DNA of 64,000 bases, from the NCBI RefSeq assembly GCF_964204645.1, contig NC_134027.1:9456485-9520484 (forward strand), in the 5' to 3' direction. The position numbers and the translations under genes were made by a program. How positions within the stretch are numbered: the first letter of the stretch is position 1; each line of letters begins with the position of its first letter. Below are positions 33,608-48,600 of the stretch, in pieces. A model generated the notes under the pieces. The model was not told the DNA's origin, made no database searches, and saw only the letters and a program-made list of their open reading frames with translations. The stretch is from Tubulanus polymorphus (lineage: Eukaryota > Animalia > Nemertea).

Positions 33608-36600
33608 TCATAGATCGGATAGGCGCGACTTCAGTTTACCGATTGCATCGCGGGTAAGGCTGCATTCGGTATCCAGGAGCTGCTTGCGTCTGACTAAATC
33701 CTGAAACAGATCAGAAAAAGAACAAAACAATAGATTATTTGTCGTGTCAAGGTTGTGAATACTAGCAAACAATTAAATCGGAGTCAGCCCAAACCCGGGT
33801 GTCGTTGAGTCAGACGTGACATTTCTTGCCATGATGATAAATACTGGTGTTTCATCAGGAACACTAGAGCTCGTATCTGTGAATTTGTATGACGCCTGTT
33901 TCATTTAGAATATGTTCACCAGCGATTGAAGGTAGTGAAAACTCCATCTACATACGCTTTACAGAAAAGCAATGTTTCAGAGGTCTAAGTTTGGAGGAGG
34001 TGAATAGTAGCTTAGATCACCCAGTATCTCGGGTACTATATAGGCCGCCTATTTATAAAAAGATGTTTAATGTTCCGTTAGATAATATCTGGGATACTGA
34101 ATACTCTAAGATACTACTATACACCTCTAAATATCAAATACGAGCCTGTGGTACCAGAGAATAAAAATTTTCATGTTGACATATTCATACTCATTTTAGT
34201 TCATCCTTCAGTATACAAAGTAGGAGCAGTAATTGGTCCCATTATTAGCAATTGTATGAAATAATGCCTGCCATTTATAAGGATGTCTAGACCAGAATAT
34301 ACACCAAAATCACTAAATGATTGAAGGATCTTATAATATTCATTAAGGAATATCATAATATAACTTGGTAAAAATATATACAAATTGGGCTTCTTCAAAA
34401 AAACTGCACCGTGGGTGAAGCAGTACATTTTCCTAAATCGAAGAATTTAGGGATTGCCTTGTGACAGGACATGTTTATCCACTCGCACAAATTTGTGAGT
34501 TTAAAATGAGATGAGAATTCATTAAATAGAAAATAAGTCATGGAACTTAATCACTTACAAAATAAATGCAAATATTCACACTTCTAATTGTTTTTTTAAA
34601 TGCCAGCATTGATGACATAAGTGCACAATGACTAGTAAAATACTACCCCTTAAAAATAATGCACAAGTCATCAATTTATAAAAACATTTGGTTTTTACGG
34701 CATCAAAACATCAACAAGCACTAGAAAAATTAACTAGACAAATAGTACAAGACACCACAAAGCAAATCAATAGTATGATCTTGATTGCAAATAGAAGATG
34801 AATACAATCACAAAACTTATGCATAAACCAGTATAGTGGCGTAATAAATAGACAGTCCTTTAGCACCGTGAATAAGGGAAGAAATTTGAACAAGGGGTCC
34901 AGGGATACCATGCCAACTTGATGAAATGCTTGACGATCTGACAATTTTCAACACCCCTTGGTGTACACACCAGTAAGTAAACAATGAGTTTGAAACGTAC
35001 CTCAATCATAGGTACACATACCCACAAACTTGCCAAAATATTGATGGATAGGGGGTCATTCATTGATTATGTACGCATTAGGGGAGGGGAGAGGGGTCAG
35101 TGCAATTGTGTAATGTAATGCTTAATGTGTATGAAAGAATGGCCGATTTTGCGTACAGAGGGGGTTGAAAAATTCAAATTTTATGCGTACGTAATAAATG
35201 AATGATCCCTAGATGAAAAGTGAACACAATAGCCCGCTGGGAACAAAGTTCCACTGTGGGCTTAGAATAAAAGGGTAATATAGAGTGAGTTTACTGTGCG
35301 TCAAGAGAAATGGAAAAAGGTACAGATGATAGACAATGGAAGATGAAATATCTATACATTAGCATAGATACTAGTTTATAAATTCAGTTCAGAATCTGTC
35401 AGTGGAGCAGTTTAGGTTGCGAGTATAAGCATTGTAATCAATCTTGTTATTGTACGGTAATAGGTTTTACACTACGAATCACCATTAGTATCATCAAACA
35501 GGAGAGCAATTTTACGACAATCCACAACAATGCAAAAATCATGCACGCTTATTCATGCAATATGAGGCAAAACTATGCTGGGCTGGATTCAAGTATGCTT
35601 GTCTTTTCTATGTCCCTTGAAACTTATCCGTGCCCCAGTTTCTTAACATAAGTTTACGATAATGTTTCGGAAATTGGATGCTCTTAAATATTGAAGCTTG
35701 CTTTGCGTGATTGACCAAAAAATTTGTTAAGTTGGCGCAAATAGTTTGGTGATAAAAAAATTAGCGTTTCTGAGTATATATACCAGTTAAAAGATTAAAT
35801 CCACGAAACTAGAAGCATTGAAATCACTGAATCAATCTTTGATTTAAGCAATAATAGCAAGCACAGTTTGGCAATGAATTGACTGTGCATTTTAATACAC
35901 ATGTATAGGCTACATTACTAATAGCGATATATGAATGAATATAAGGCTTTAAGTATTATGGATTATGCGACTTACCGCAACATGCGAGCTCATTTGCTTG
36001 GCTTGCTTGTTAAGCTGGCGGTTCTGAGTTGATAGGTTTTGCCGCTGTTGCTCAAGGATACGCATTTCAAGTTGTTGATCTGAAAGGCACGAAAACCCAT
36101 CAAATCAACAACCTTTTTTTTCGATCGTACTTATGTAAAAATTCGATTCAATATCTCATTCCTAAATTGGGATCATTCTGCGATTCGAATATAAATTCTT
36201 CAGTCCGGAAGCAGAGCCAGGTTATTTTGATTGTAGAATAGCAAAGCTTATCATCTTAGAAATGAGTGTTTAAAGAGAATTATTATCATTGATTAAACTC
36301 CAATTAGAATTAACTAGACTATTCTGTTGGAATGGCTTAGCGACGTTTAAGAAAGTTAAGTTTAAGGAAGGAAGTGACTGAAGGATTGCATTTCGAAACA
36401 AAGCACAATCAATTTATGTTATATTTGGTTGCATATTACAGTTGGTTTTTCGTGTGCTTAAAAATGCATCCAAATTCTATGCAATTCTAGATCTGTTGGG
36501 AATATTTTTCGAAGAGTTGGGTGGAAGGAATATTCCGCGCCCTACTAGAAAACAATTCATATCATATTCGAAATGAAGTATTTCCTATCGGCCGTGCCGT

Positions 36601-39600
36601 ATGAGTATGTAAAACATGCCGTACTGCGTACATATCACAAACTAATTGTCAAAAAGAGAAAAAGATCAGATAGTAAAAGGAGAATAAAATATTCAGAACG
36701 AAGATTGAGGTGGTGATGGTAAAGCCCAACGCAAATCGAGCTCGGACGACGAAGAAACTGGATCGAGTACCGTTGGAAGATTAAACCTGGTGTCGTTCGT
36801 TCCTCTAATCGCTCGACGCACGTTAGGCTTGACCGATAAGTGCACGATAGTAACGGGTTGTATGTAAATAATGTACTGGTATAAGTCGTCGTCCTCGAAC
36901 CAGATAATATGATTAGTCACAACAGCTACGATCAAATTTCCATGCAATAAACTATAGAAGTGCTTTTTGCAGGCATTCACTGTTAGGAAATATCGCCGTT
37001 TCAAGCTTAAAATCCGAATGGAAAGGCGTGGTTGAATCGGTGAACATACATGATAAATCTACTCTCCTTTCACAGAGGTTATTATATACAGTGAAACCTC
37101 GTTATAACGATCTTGGATACAACGATTCATCGGATATAACAAATATGAAACTGTGTCCCAAGTAAGAGAATTCAATTAATTTCATACTGGATATAACGAA
37201 ACTATCGGTTATAATGAACAGACACTGGTCCTATGAAGTTCGTTATAACACAGTTCCACTGTATACGCTGTCGCGAAAATATCTTCGCCGAACCATGTGA
37301 ATGTGTTTTACGGGTAACGAGAAATATTTCTCAGCGTTAACTTCTGGGAAAGGGGAAAAGCGTTATCATCGAATATTGATTGTTTGCCGTACTGGAAGGG
37401 GATAAAAGTTCCATTCAGGTTTTACAGTTGAACTTACCTTCCATATGGCGTTGATAGGCGTCCATCAAAACCTCGATTCCCGGCCATCGGTACGCGAACG
37501 CCTGCTCGTTCATTTGAGCGCCGGGTGACGGCGCGCGGTTTTGTGATTCGCGCTCGTGCTCCCCTTTATTATCACACCTAGACGACTGGCTCAGATGATC
37601 GATGCGCATCGATTGCGGCAAGCTGATTCCCGCCTCCGACTTCGACGAGCTATCCGCGCCAACGCCACCGGAACCGCAAGACGATGCGATCAACGACGTC
37701 GGATCGCGCTCGCGCGGAGAATACAACGACGAACTATAGCCGCCGACGGTCCGTTTGTGATTCGGCACAGTCGGCAAAAATCGACTGGAATCGATATGCT
37801 GAAAACTGTTCTCCCGGGAATAATTCACAGCTGCTGAGTCTTTGCTATCTTTACTCACCGCGTTGCCGACGTCTTTTTTTAAACGATGCGATGACGACAA
37901 CGACGAGTAGTTCTGCTGCGACGACGACGAGTTCAGCTCGCTTTTCGAAGTCGACAACGTTGCGGACACCGCCAGGTGGCGCCGGTGATGATAATCGCGC
38001 GCCTCCTCCGTCTCGACTCGAGCAGCCATGATCGGAGAGAAACTGTAATCACTTTTGTTTAATAATGGACGCTGATGCTGAGACCGGCTGTCGTGACGGT
38101 AAGACGTCGGACGCGGGATACTAATTCGATCTTTCGAATAGGCGGACAAGTCAGTCGGTTGATCCTGTAGCACTCTGTCGTAGGGCTGTTTAGCAGACGA
38201 AGCTGTTTTATGACTAGGCATTTCTGATGGAAGAATTTCATTCCCTGAAACAACGAATTTCAGAAGTTTAGAAAAAACAAGCCCTAGTGAACACCAAAAT
38301 CAATGCATTATTAAATGAAATAAGCTAGAGTTGTCTTAACTACTTAATCTTCGAAAAGATAATCTTCAAATCTAGCAATGTTTAATCCTCGGGGATTATA
38401 CATTAAGATGAAAATTGAAATATTCAAGCCGATAAGATTCGATTCGATTCATTTACCACGGAAATGTTTCGTTCGTAGTTGTTCTTGTTGCCTGGTCGTT
38501 TTAAGCACAGATTCATGGAATTCCTGAGCGAACTCTTTCGAAAGGATATGTTTATCGATGGCACCTGGCACGTCGATTCCGCGTTCGCCGTTATTCGATT
38601 CGTCCTTCAATTCATCTTTAACGTCCGTCACGGTCGCTACTGGGCTGATGTCTTCGTATTTACGTTTGACACCGGCCATTAATTGACTTTCTACAATGAT
38701 TGAATGAACGAATGCTTTGTGTAATATAACAATACTTAACAGGTTCCTGACAAATCGGTCATTTTTCGATGTTAGGGGTTTTCAAGTAGTTTTTAAAAGG
38801 GAAAATTTCAAATTACAAGGAAGCGACTGCATCACTTTCATTTCCCAATTACTGTAGACACCTCCTAGATCGGTACCATTTATCTTGGTTAACCATTAAT
38901 TATGTGGATTTATAACCAAATTTCTATCGTTTGCACTACTGAACTTGGTTTCTTATTTGGTAAATGGCCAATTGATCACAACAGGCGCTGCCATCATGGA
39001 GTGTCATGTTATGTTTGCTTATTGGTTATTTGATCATGATTGTTCTTTCTATGAATACCAAACAGTTTAAGTACACAGGAAGAAAAACCATTTCGACAAC
39101 ACGAAATGCCTAGAAAACGTTTCGATCAAAATCAAGCACGTTTCGTGAAAAACATTTCTCTGTGTTTTGATTTTCCTAATCAAATTAGTTCCACTTAAAA
39201 CTTTAAAATGGCTTAATTATAGTTTGCGAATGTAAGTGGAACTGCAAATTCAGAAATGCAGAGAAGTAATTTTCCCTGTCAACTTACTTTGAATAGTAGC
39301 ACCATCTAGTTGTTGTTTGGTATCATCATTTTCTTCGTCAGGAACCTGACCAGATCGTCGTTCTTGAATGCTGTCGCAAGCTCTTCTGATTTCTTCGAGC
39401 TCTGATCAAATTAGAGAGGACATTCTTTTTTACCAAACATGAGTAAGATTAAAAATTCGAACATATATTAGTACATAATTTCCATTTTTTGATGCTGTCA
39501 AAACCATTACAAAAGTGTTTAATGCATCGATACCTAGTACGCCTTAATTAAGTGGTTCTGTGTGAATTGATGTACACTACGTCATCAACACTGGTGTTTC

Positions 39601-42600
39601 AAAAATAATTACACTTCTGAATATTGGCATTCATTTTGTACCAAGTTTATGTAATAACTCTTATTCTATTTTTGATAAATATGTGCGCTACATCATCAAT
39701 ATATCGGGGCTAGACTGGTTGGCGTTCAATTCTACTATCGATATACCAGTATTCCAATCCAAAATAACTTTCTTGATCCTAAATATTATATAATTATGAT
39801 TCATATTATATTATCTATTGTCAACAATAGTAAGCAATTATATACGTTATTTTTCAAGGTGTCAATTAACTTTTGAGTCATCGATATCAATAAGAGGAAA
39901 ATATTTCTACCTTTCCTGCCTTCAGCGCTGAGATGATTAAGTCCGATACTCGATAAGAACTGCGATTTCTCGATGAATTCCGCTTCAGAGCACGGTTTGT
40001 CCGCCAGCTTCGGCGTACGAGATGGAATGTGGAGCGGCTGTTTATTTTCGACGGTATCCTTAGTTGAAACTAGTTGGACGGGACTGACACTACCCTCGCG
40101 ATACAGGCGTCGTCGTTTACGCGTCTGCTCGTAGCAAATCGTGCGCTTACGTCGTTTCGTCACCAATCCGAGATATCTCATGTGACGGCGTTTCTCGGTG
40201 GAGGCGTCCGCCGACGACGGCAGCTGCGTCGATATCATGCTCAGTTTGTGGTTGCGTCGCGATTCCGCCTCGATCAGATCGTCCTCGAAATCCGAGTCGC
40301 TGTAATAGCTGCCGTCTTGACGAGCCGTCGAAATGCGTTCTTCCAAGATGTCCAGTTTGCTCCTTATCGTAACACGCGAGTCGAGACTCTTGAAGAATGA
40401 AATGTCTTTGAAATGATCGTGTTCGTGGCCGACGGATGTCGTGCCGAGCCCAGCGAACTGCAACAAGAACTCTTTCGCGCTCGGCAAAAAGTGGTTATGG
40501 TCGATATGACTTTTGTCATTCGAATTGGATAGAGTCGGCTTACAAATACCGCTGCCCGTCGGTTCCACCACCGATGATAAAGTATTCATATTATTTTCAT
40601 TCTTTTTCGAATCGTGAAGATCAACGGCGGGATGCCTCAGATGGCTGCTGCTAGCCATCAAATCTCGTTCACTCGTAGATGAAGGAATTCTCTCATTAGC
40701 CGTTGTAGCGTGTCGTTCTGCCTTGAGACTTGTACTTTGTTCGTAGCCGTTCATAAGTTTATTGCTCGTCGTCGGGGGTCGCTGTATCGCCTCGACTGTT
40801 TGCGTAATTCTCGCCGATGGTTCACCGATGGTAGGCGGTGCCTTGCTCTGGCTGCCGAGTTGTACGGGTTGTTCATGGTGGCTTCGCTTATCCAATCTCA
40901 AACTATGGTCGTATTGCGATCTTAGCTCGCTGTCCCTTCCAACAGACGCTTCCCAATTTGTCTGCATAAATAATAGATAAGAAAATATTCATTTTTGTAT
41001 TAAGGGACATTGATATATGGTACAGCCTGCAAGTAATTCAACGTAAACACATCAAGCATTTGTCAGGTTGTAGCATCTTCATTTTCAATAAAACGAAATA
41101 GAAACACATCAAACTAGTTACTATTGTATGTATCTCTATGAGAGCTGCAAAACACGTCTTAGCAATATTTTTACAAAGAAATTTCGAAAAAGTGTATTCA
41201 TGCCAAACGAAAATGAATTACAGCATTTTGAACGATATAAAGCCAAACGCAAACAAAAACTTAGTTAAGTTACTTTTAGGCTGTCCTGTAGTGTCATATT
41301 GCTTCGTTAAGGTTTGAAGCTTAAAAAATCGAACAAAATTGTAGCTAAGTGATCATTTCAGAGAATTTGAAAAGATGTCTCCAGTGATTACTATCCATTT
41401 GAAGCTATCGAGACACATCAAACCACAAAGAAGAAACCATCAGTAGCCTGTTCAACCATCCATTGAGACAATTACACACAAAGAATACATGAAAAATCCA
41501 TGAAAATAGAGAAATTTCATTTCATACCTGCATACTGGATGATAATCGATCATCCTTGTGAACATGTAGATTGAGAGGAGCTGTCTGCTGTGCAAGGTCA
41601 TCGATTCTACGGCTGCGTGAAGGTGAAGAATGGTATTTATCGGAACCGTGTGAATATCTATCTTCTGAGGGTCTCACGTGACTGTAATTCGGGTGTCCTG
41701 GAGAAATATACCGTAAGACATGTTAGTGACACTTAAGACATGCGGCAGGCTGCAAATCTGCCACCAAAATTCCGTACGTAAAATTCATTACAATGGTAAA
41801 ATTCATGGAACCTTGGAGGTTTTCGAGTTGACCGAGTGTAAATGACTCCTGACCAAAAGCAGGGAAACCACTTTCATTTGACTTTTGTTTTGTTTTTTTC
41901 TTTTTCTTGACTATTCCCTGAAGTGCACGTTGACTTGCTAAGAATCCAATCAATTTGCACAGTCAAATACGTAAAACATAGACAAAAACTGTTTGATTTT
42001 ACGCACGATCTAAAAATCTCAACAAATTTCCCTGATTTGTAACTTTTTTTTACCAAATTCCCTGACTTTTTCAAAAGAAAAGAAATTTCCCTGACTTTTC
42101 CCTGATTTCCCGTTAAGTGGCCACCCTGAAAAGTATAGCAGCTTTGTAAGTGTCACGAACGAACTAAATTGCACAATATTTACCACTATCTCTGGCTGAA
42201 TATGTTTCACGTTGATGATGATGTTTCAACGTCTGGCTGTCTATTCTCATCTGCTCTTCTTGCTGACACTTCAGTCGTTCGCGATCTCGTAGGCGCTGAC
42301 GTTCGAATTCGGCTTCCTGCTGATCGCGTTGGTGATCGCGTATGCGTTCCTGTTCGCGTTCGCTTGCTCGTTCTTGTTCTCGACGTAATTCCGTCTCTAA
42401 CTTTTGCCTGCGATAGAATACCCAGACAGTTTCATGGAAATGGATTAAAACGATGGAACTCAACAAAAATATATCAAGAAAGGGGTGCGGGCAATCTACC
42501 CATATGTTTCGTGAATACAATCTTTGATGACTGGTAGACAGATTACTTTTCATCTCAGTATTCAGCGTTCATAAGCAAAACCCACATTTGAAGATTTAAC

Positions 42601-45600
42601 AAGTTTTTACTCATGTTAAATTTTCCCTTTGACGCAGAAGTTTAGTCAAACCTTTTAACTGTCAGAATAAATTGTGGGTTTTGCTCATTTGGTCATCAAC
42701 TGCGGGTTTTGCTTATCAACAATCTTTGATATACCACGATTAATCCAAGAAAGTCGGACCTTTTGGGCGATACATTTAAATTCGAAGCCTTCTCCAGACC
42801 CAGTCAAAAATCTGCAATTATTGTCCTTATATTTTGTGAAATATTGCAAATTCAAATAATACCTTTCAGCGAGGGCATTTGGAGGAGATTTCCGATCAGC
42901 TGCAGTATCGCTTGGCGACAATAAAGGAAAATGGTGCTGACGGAATAAATCATGGGGATACTGTCCGCCTTGCAGCATCGGCGTCAACGCATGATGCGGC
43001 AGCAATCCCGGGTGGGGATAAGGCAGAAACCCAGGCTGTAACATGCGGTACCTCTCCAGTAATAAAGGATCGTCGAATCTGGAAAACAGAAAATTACAAG
43101 GATAGGAAACTACTTAGTGGCCACTTTTCGTCCATTTACAAATACCCTGGACCCGGTTCGACAGTTCTTGATTAAATCTGACTCAGAGTTAGTTTTTAAC
43201 TCAGAGTCAATTTTAACTTTGAGTTAGGGAATTCAACTCTGAGTTAAAAGTTAATCAAGAACTGTGAAACCAGGTCGTGAGTTTCCTCTGATTTTTCCAT
43301 GTGATTACATAAAATTCCCTGATGGAATCAGAGAAATTTCTAGGTTTAGAAAGTTACAATTCATTCATTTTTCGTTGAATCATGAACTGATGAAAAACAC
43401 GTGCTTAATGATGAAAAACACGTGAAAACACATGAAAAACACGTGGGCCGCAACTACGTCACAGCCGAGAGAAAAGCGTCAGCTACGTGGAGAAAATGGC
43501 GGCGGCCAGTCACTTTACAAAACCCTCTTTTTTGGATAAAGTATTAGATGAAATGTTTTTCTGCTGTTTTGAAAATGTATTTATAAAGGTTTCTAACACA
43601 TCTAGATACAAAAAAATTTTCACTACAGTTCCCCTTTAATAACAATATCCAAATTCCCCGAGTTTTCCCTGACTTTTCTGATTCACTGAGCTTTCCAGGT
43701 ATTCCAGGCCAGTAGCCACCCCAATTTTTCACCCAGTATTTCTTACCTGAATGCCGGGTGTGGAAAAGCGGCTGGCGGCAAGAACGCGTGGTGGTACGCT
43801 GCATACGCCGGATCTAGGAATGGCGGTGGTAGGGCGGCACGAACTTCATCACCTGGACGGTACGGCTGAAATCCTCGGGAATGTTCGAGTAGACCGAGTT
43901 TAACGGCGCGGTGGTCCTCCGCGGCAGCGGCGGCGGCCGCCGCAGCCGATCGTCGGTCGCGCTCATGCGACAACGACACCGGCGGCAGATAGTGAGAATC
44001 GTGTTTTAACGACGAGAGCGGTTCGACCGATGATGACGTGGAACTGTGTCCGGAATTGGGACGGTCTATGAGCTACAGACAGAAAAAAAATTAAGATTGA
44101 GAAACCCTTAAAATAAGCAAAATCATGACCAGCTGTATGATGTTTACTCTAGCATCTGAAATTGTTTATTTTCAACTATTATCATTATTACTATTATCAT
44201 TATTATCATTATGTATTATGACATATTTTAACCACTTATCAAGAAACTTTTTTTCAAGGGGCCTGAACATCCTAGTGAATTGTACAGCCTTTATGGTTCT
44301 GTTCAGGCCCCTGTCTTCAATCTACTAATTCTGTACGTTCTATGTATTCCTTTTGTAATTTTGTATTCCTTTTGGTGGATGATGAAACATATATCATATA
44401 TCATATTATATGATCATTTTAGGCGAAGGACAAAAATCAGCTAAGAATTGTGGAACTGGATCCAAAATTATACACTACAATCATAAGCTTATTCCCTCGT
44501 CAGATATGATACACATAAATGAGACATAAAGTTTGACTGACAGCAACTACAGCCATTTTATATGAATTTAACTCCGGGATCTGGTCCCGGATAACGGACA
44601 TTTCTTCTTTCTTTCAAAATGTTTTTTCTTTTACCTTGCGCTCCTCGTGAGACATTAAACTCTTCGACTGACTGGATAACGTAGGCGCGATGGTCCCGAC
44701 AGGCGGCGAAGAGTTCACAGCAGAGGACGACGTCTGCTGTTGTTGATTGTAGATCAGAGGAGGCGGGGGTCCCGGTCTTTTCTTCGGCGTCAACGAATGC
44801 GGACTAGTATTCGATGAGACAGGCGATATCTGCATTTGGTCGCGGACGACATCTGAAAAAGAGAGCATTCCGGTGAAAAACCTGTCCATCCATTCAACCA
44901 TACACATTTTTTGCATCCGCAAAATTGTTCACATGGAACAGTTATCTTACCGAAGAAGGGTATACGAGCTTAGGTATACAGGTATTCAATTCAGCCTGGA
45001 AAAAGTGTTCAAACAGGGTCCCTAAAGATCCTTCATTCCTGGATACGAGGCGTTTTCGAGGAGTTTTAAAGGAGAACATTTGAAGGAAGTATCTGCATCA
45101 CTTTCATATCCCATTTACTCTTCCTAAATCAATACTGTTTATCTCGGTAAACAATTAATTTTGGTTTTTTGGAAGCATTTACTATCCTTTACACTACTAA
45201 ACTCAGCTTTTAATTCGATAACTGCCTAATTGGTTAATAAAGAAAGAATCCCGGTCCCAACTTAACTAATTTAGGCGTAGTCTACTACTGTACAACTACA
45301 AACATTTCAAATAGCCTATTTTTTTCAAAATTGAAGGAGTTTTGGGCATTTTGCTCAAATTAAAGGAGTTTCAAGCACCTTTAAAAGCTTTTTCAGTTTA
45401 GCAGGAGTTTTAAAGGAATCAAGGAGTCGTGGGGACCTTGTAAACATTTACGATGACTTCATAACCGGGATTTGTAAAATTTGAAAGGATTCAATGACTC
45501 GAACTTCCAGTGAGGTAAAAAAAGCTATCGTTGAAAAACGTATCATACAAACCATTAGGATCAGAAGCTTGTTTGGCGAGTTTTCTCAAAGCGGCTGCGA

Positions 45601-48600
45601 AGCTCGACGCGCGCGTCGCGCTGATTGCATTGTTGCTGTTCATGCCGCTGTTGCTCGGCGAAACCTGGCTGAGCGGCGGCACCGTGGCGGTAGTTCGGCT
45701 GATCTTCGACGAATTATTCACCATACCCGCGAGAGGGGGCGGCTTATAGCCGTGCGACTGCCCTGTAAAACACCGACAAAATTCATCCATTAGAATACCG
45801 GGTAAAAAGCTGATTTTCAACAAAACCCCTTATCAGGGCCTTATAGTAGAAATAGTTTAACAAAATGAAAAAAAAATGTTCAATTAAATAGTTACATCTC
45901 TTAGAATATTCATACGAAAAGTGAACCCAAAAATCAAATACGCTCTCCAATCTAACCTGACAACATATAGAAACTTGAGATTTATCCAAGCCATTCATAC
46001 AAGAAAATCCTTTCTGAAATAGTCGGTTCATGTCAATGTGCTTTAGATTCATCCTTGGATTTATCTGAGCCATTCACACAACAGAATCGTTTCTGAAATA
46101 GTCAGTTGTGCTTTAGAAGCCATTCATACAACACAGAATCCTTTCTGAAATAGTCACGTCATGCCAATGTGCTTAGATTCGTCCTTGGATTTATCTGAGC
46201 CATTCACACAATGGAATCGTTTCTGAAATAGCCGCTTCATGGAAATGTGCTCTAGTTCGAGGAATATTGCTAATAGTCGGATAATTAGATTTAGTTTAAG
46301 GTAGGGGCACACGAGCGTATTTTTTCACCCGATCGCGGCAAATTTATAAATCGCCCGAAAAATTCGCTCGTGTGGCCACTCACGGCGACGACGATTTCGT
46401 CGGCCGACTCGATCGCCCGGTGAATCGCCCGTATCAAACATGTTTGATATTTTCGGCCGATTATTTACGCCGGCGATCGGATCGCCCGCAAATTCGCTCG
46501 TCTGCCCGCACTCGGCGAATTTCGCTGAGTGATCCATTTTTATCAACCAATAGGATGCATTGTTGATATCATGTGATTCGTTAACTCTCTCCCTCTTAGT
46601 GCCAGTCGCTGACCGAATTTCGGTTTGATCGCTATGTGTGCCCGCTCGTATCGGGCGTATAATTTCGTCGGCGAATTCGCTGGCGAATTTAATCGTCGCG
46701 ATCGGGCGAAAAAATACGCTCGTGTGTCCCTAGCTTTACATCGCCAATGTTGAGTATGCATGCTATCGGGGTTTAGAACAGAGTATTCAATAGTATGAAC
46801 AACAAAAACAACTTACTCTATACCACCTAACTTTATACAACCTATCTATTTATAAGCAAATACTTTCCCTGAACTTTTAACCTTAAACTACACATCAATA
46901 CAGATCCATATTTTCAACTAAAGCTTTCGACAGCATAGAACTCTATTTTTATGGTTCAAGAAAGCAATAGATTTATAGATTTTTTCAGACGTATCACCCT
47001 AGACCCCCTTATAGAAATGCACCTGTCATGAAATGGTGGTTATCGCGCATCAACTACGTAGGCTTTGCATTGAATATCAGACGCATCGAAATGTGAAGTG
47101 GAAACACGTAAGGGGTGCATTCAGCCCCCTGATATTTCAAAAGGAGAAAATGTTGAAAGTTACGTTACTAACTAGCATCCCTGACTGATCCAACATTGAG
47201 AAACAGTAACTTACAAGGTAAAGATGTCATTGTGTTTACTGTGAAACCGAACGCCAGGTAGAGAAACGATGAGCTCGGTTTGAGAGTCAGCTACACAAGT
47301 CGACCAGTAGTAAATATTACAACCGAACAGCAACAACCGGTTGAAGTAATGATAACCGCCTACAACGATCCCCCTCTAAACGCACGCAGAACACAGCGAT
47401 AAAATACATATAGACCGGCATCGATGATAATAACATTTCAACAATAACAACAAAACAACATCAGCAGCAGCAGCAACAACAATCACACATAGTATCCATC
47501 CATGATTGATATAGCACAGTACTATGTAGTGTTGGCAGTAGTGCATGTAGTGTAGTTGTAGGCCTACTCTCCTCCACGCAGGCGCTCTCTCGCTAAATAA
47601 CAAAGAAACTGATGCTACACATTAGGCACATCTGCTCAGCACTCAGCAGTACAGCCGTCAGTCGTCTCACGCTGCTGCAATGCTGCTGCGACCACAGCGT
47701 GGCTATTGATTGCAGCGCAGATGCCACACTGTGTGGCAGCACTGTGATGGAAAGAGGGATCAAGAGGAAAAGACAGTGGTGGATCCAGGCTAGGGGGTGT
47801 TCTTGGGGGGTCTGGACCCCCCCAAAAAAATGTTGAGGTCCCTTACAATTCATCCTCCAAAAATCAAAATTAAGACTGAGCAACTGAAAAACACTTTGTG
47901 GTTGTGGCAATTAGCTGTTTTACCAATTCTGGGTGATCTATATGATTGGGAGAGTAGATATTGAGGAGAAAAAATTGAAAGGAAGGACAATCTTGAAGAG
48001 AAAATGAGAAAGGGCAGAAGGCATAAGTATGACGACTACGCGTTACGAATACCTCGGGTGGTGACGTAGAAATTTCAAGCGCAAGACAATACACGTTCAT
48101 CCTACTTCAAACGATTGAATGTGTCTTTGAAACCGGAGATTTCAATCGGCGGGTGCTCGATCATACGCGGCGATACGACGCTAAATCCAGAGGAAATCGG
48201 GAAAGGGATTAACGCGCTAAGATTAAAACCCATTTTCGGACTGAAAACAGCGTTCTAATCGTTCGATTTTCTTGTCATGTTTATAGCGATAAAAATACTT
48301 TCGCAGAATCATCAGCCAGGAGTTGGATAGACGTGGAAGGAATAGTGTGGTCTTCGCCGATGTGGCTGAGAGCAAAAGGGAAGCGCGTCGACATTACGCG
48401 GAGACATGTATCATTAGCGTGACACTTACGACTGCACGCAATTCGTAATAAATTTGATACCATGATTCCGTGAATAGTGGCAAATTATGACAGCCATCGA
48501 TTACAACGGTTTATAACCTACACACACTACACGATAAAACTGCTCTATAATCGATGACTACGATCAAATTCATACAGACAGACGCACACAAACACACACT

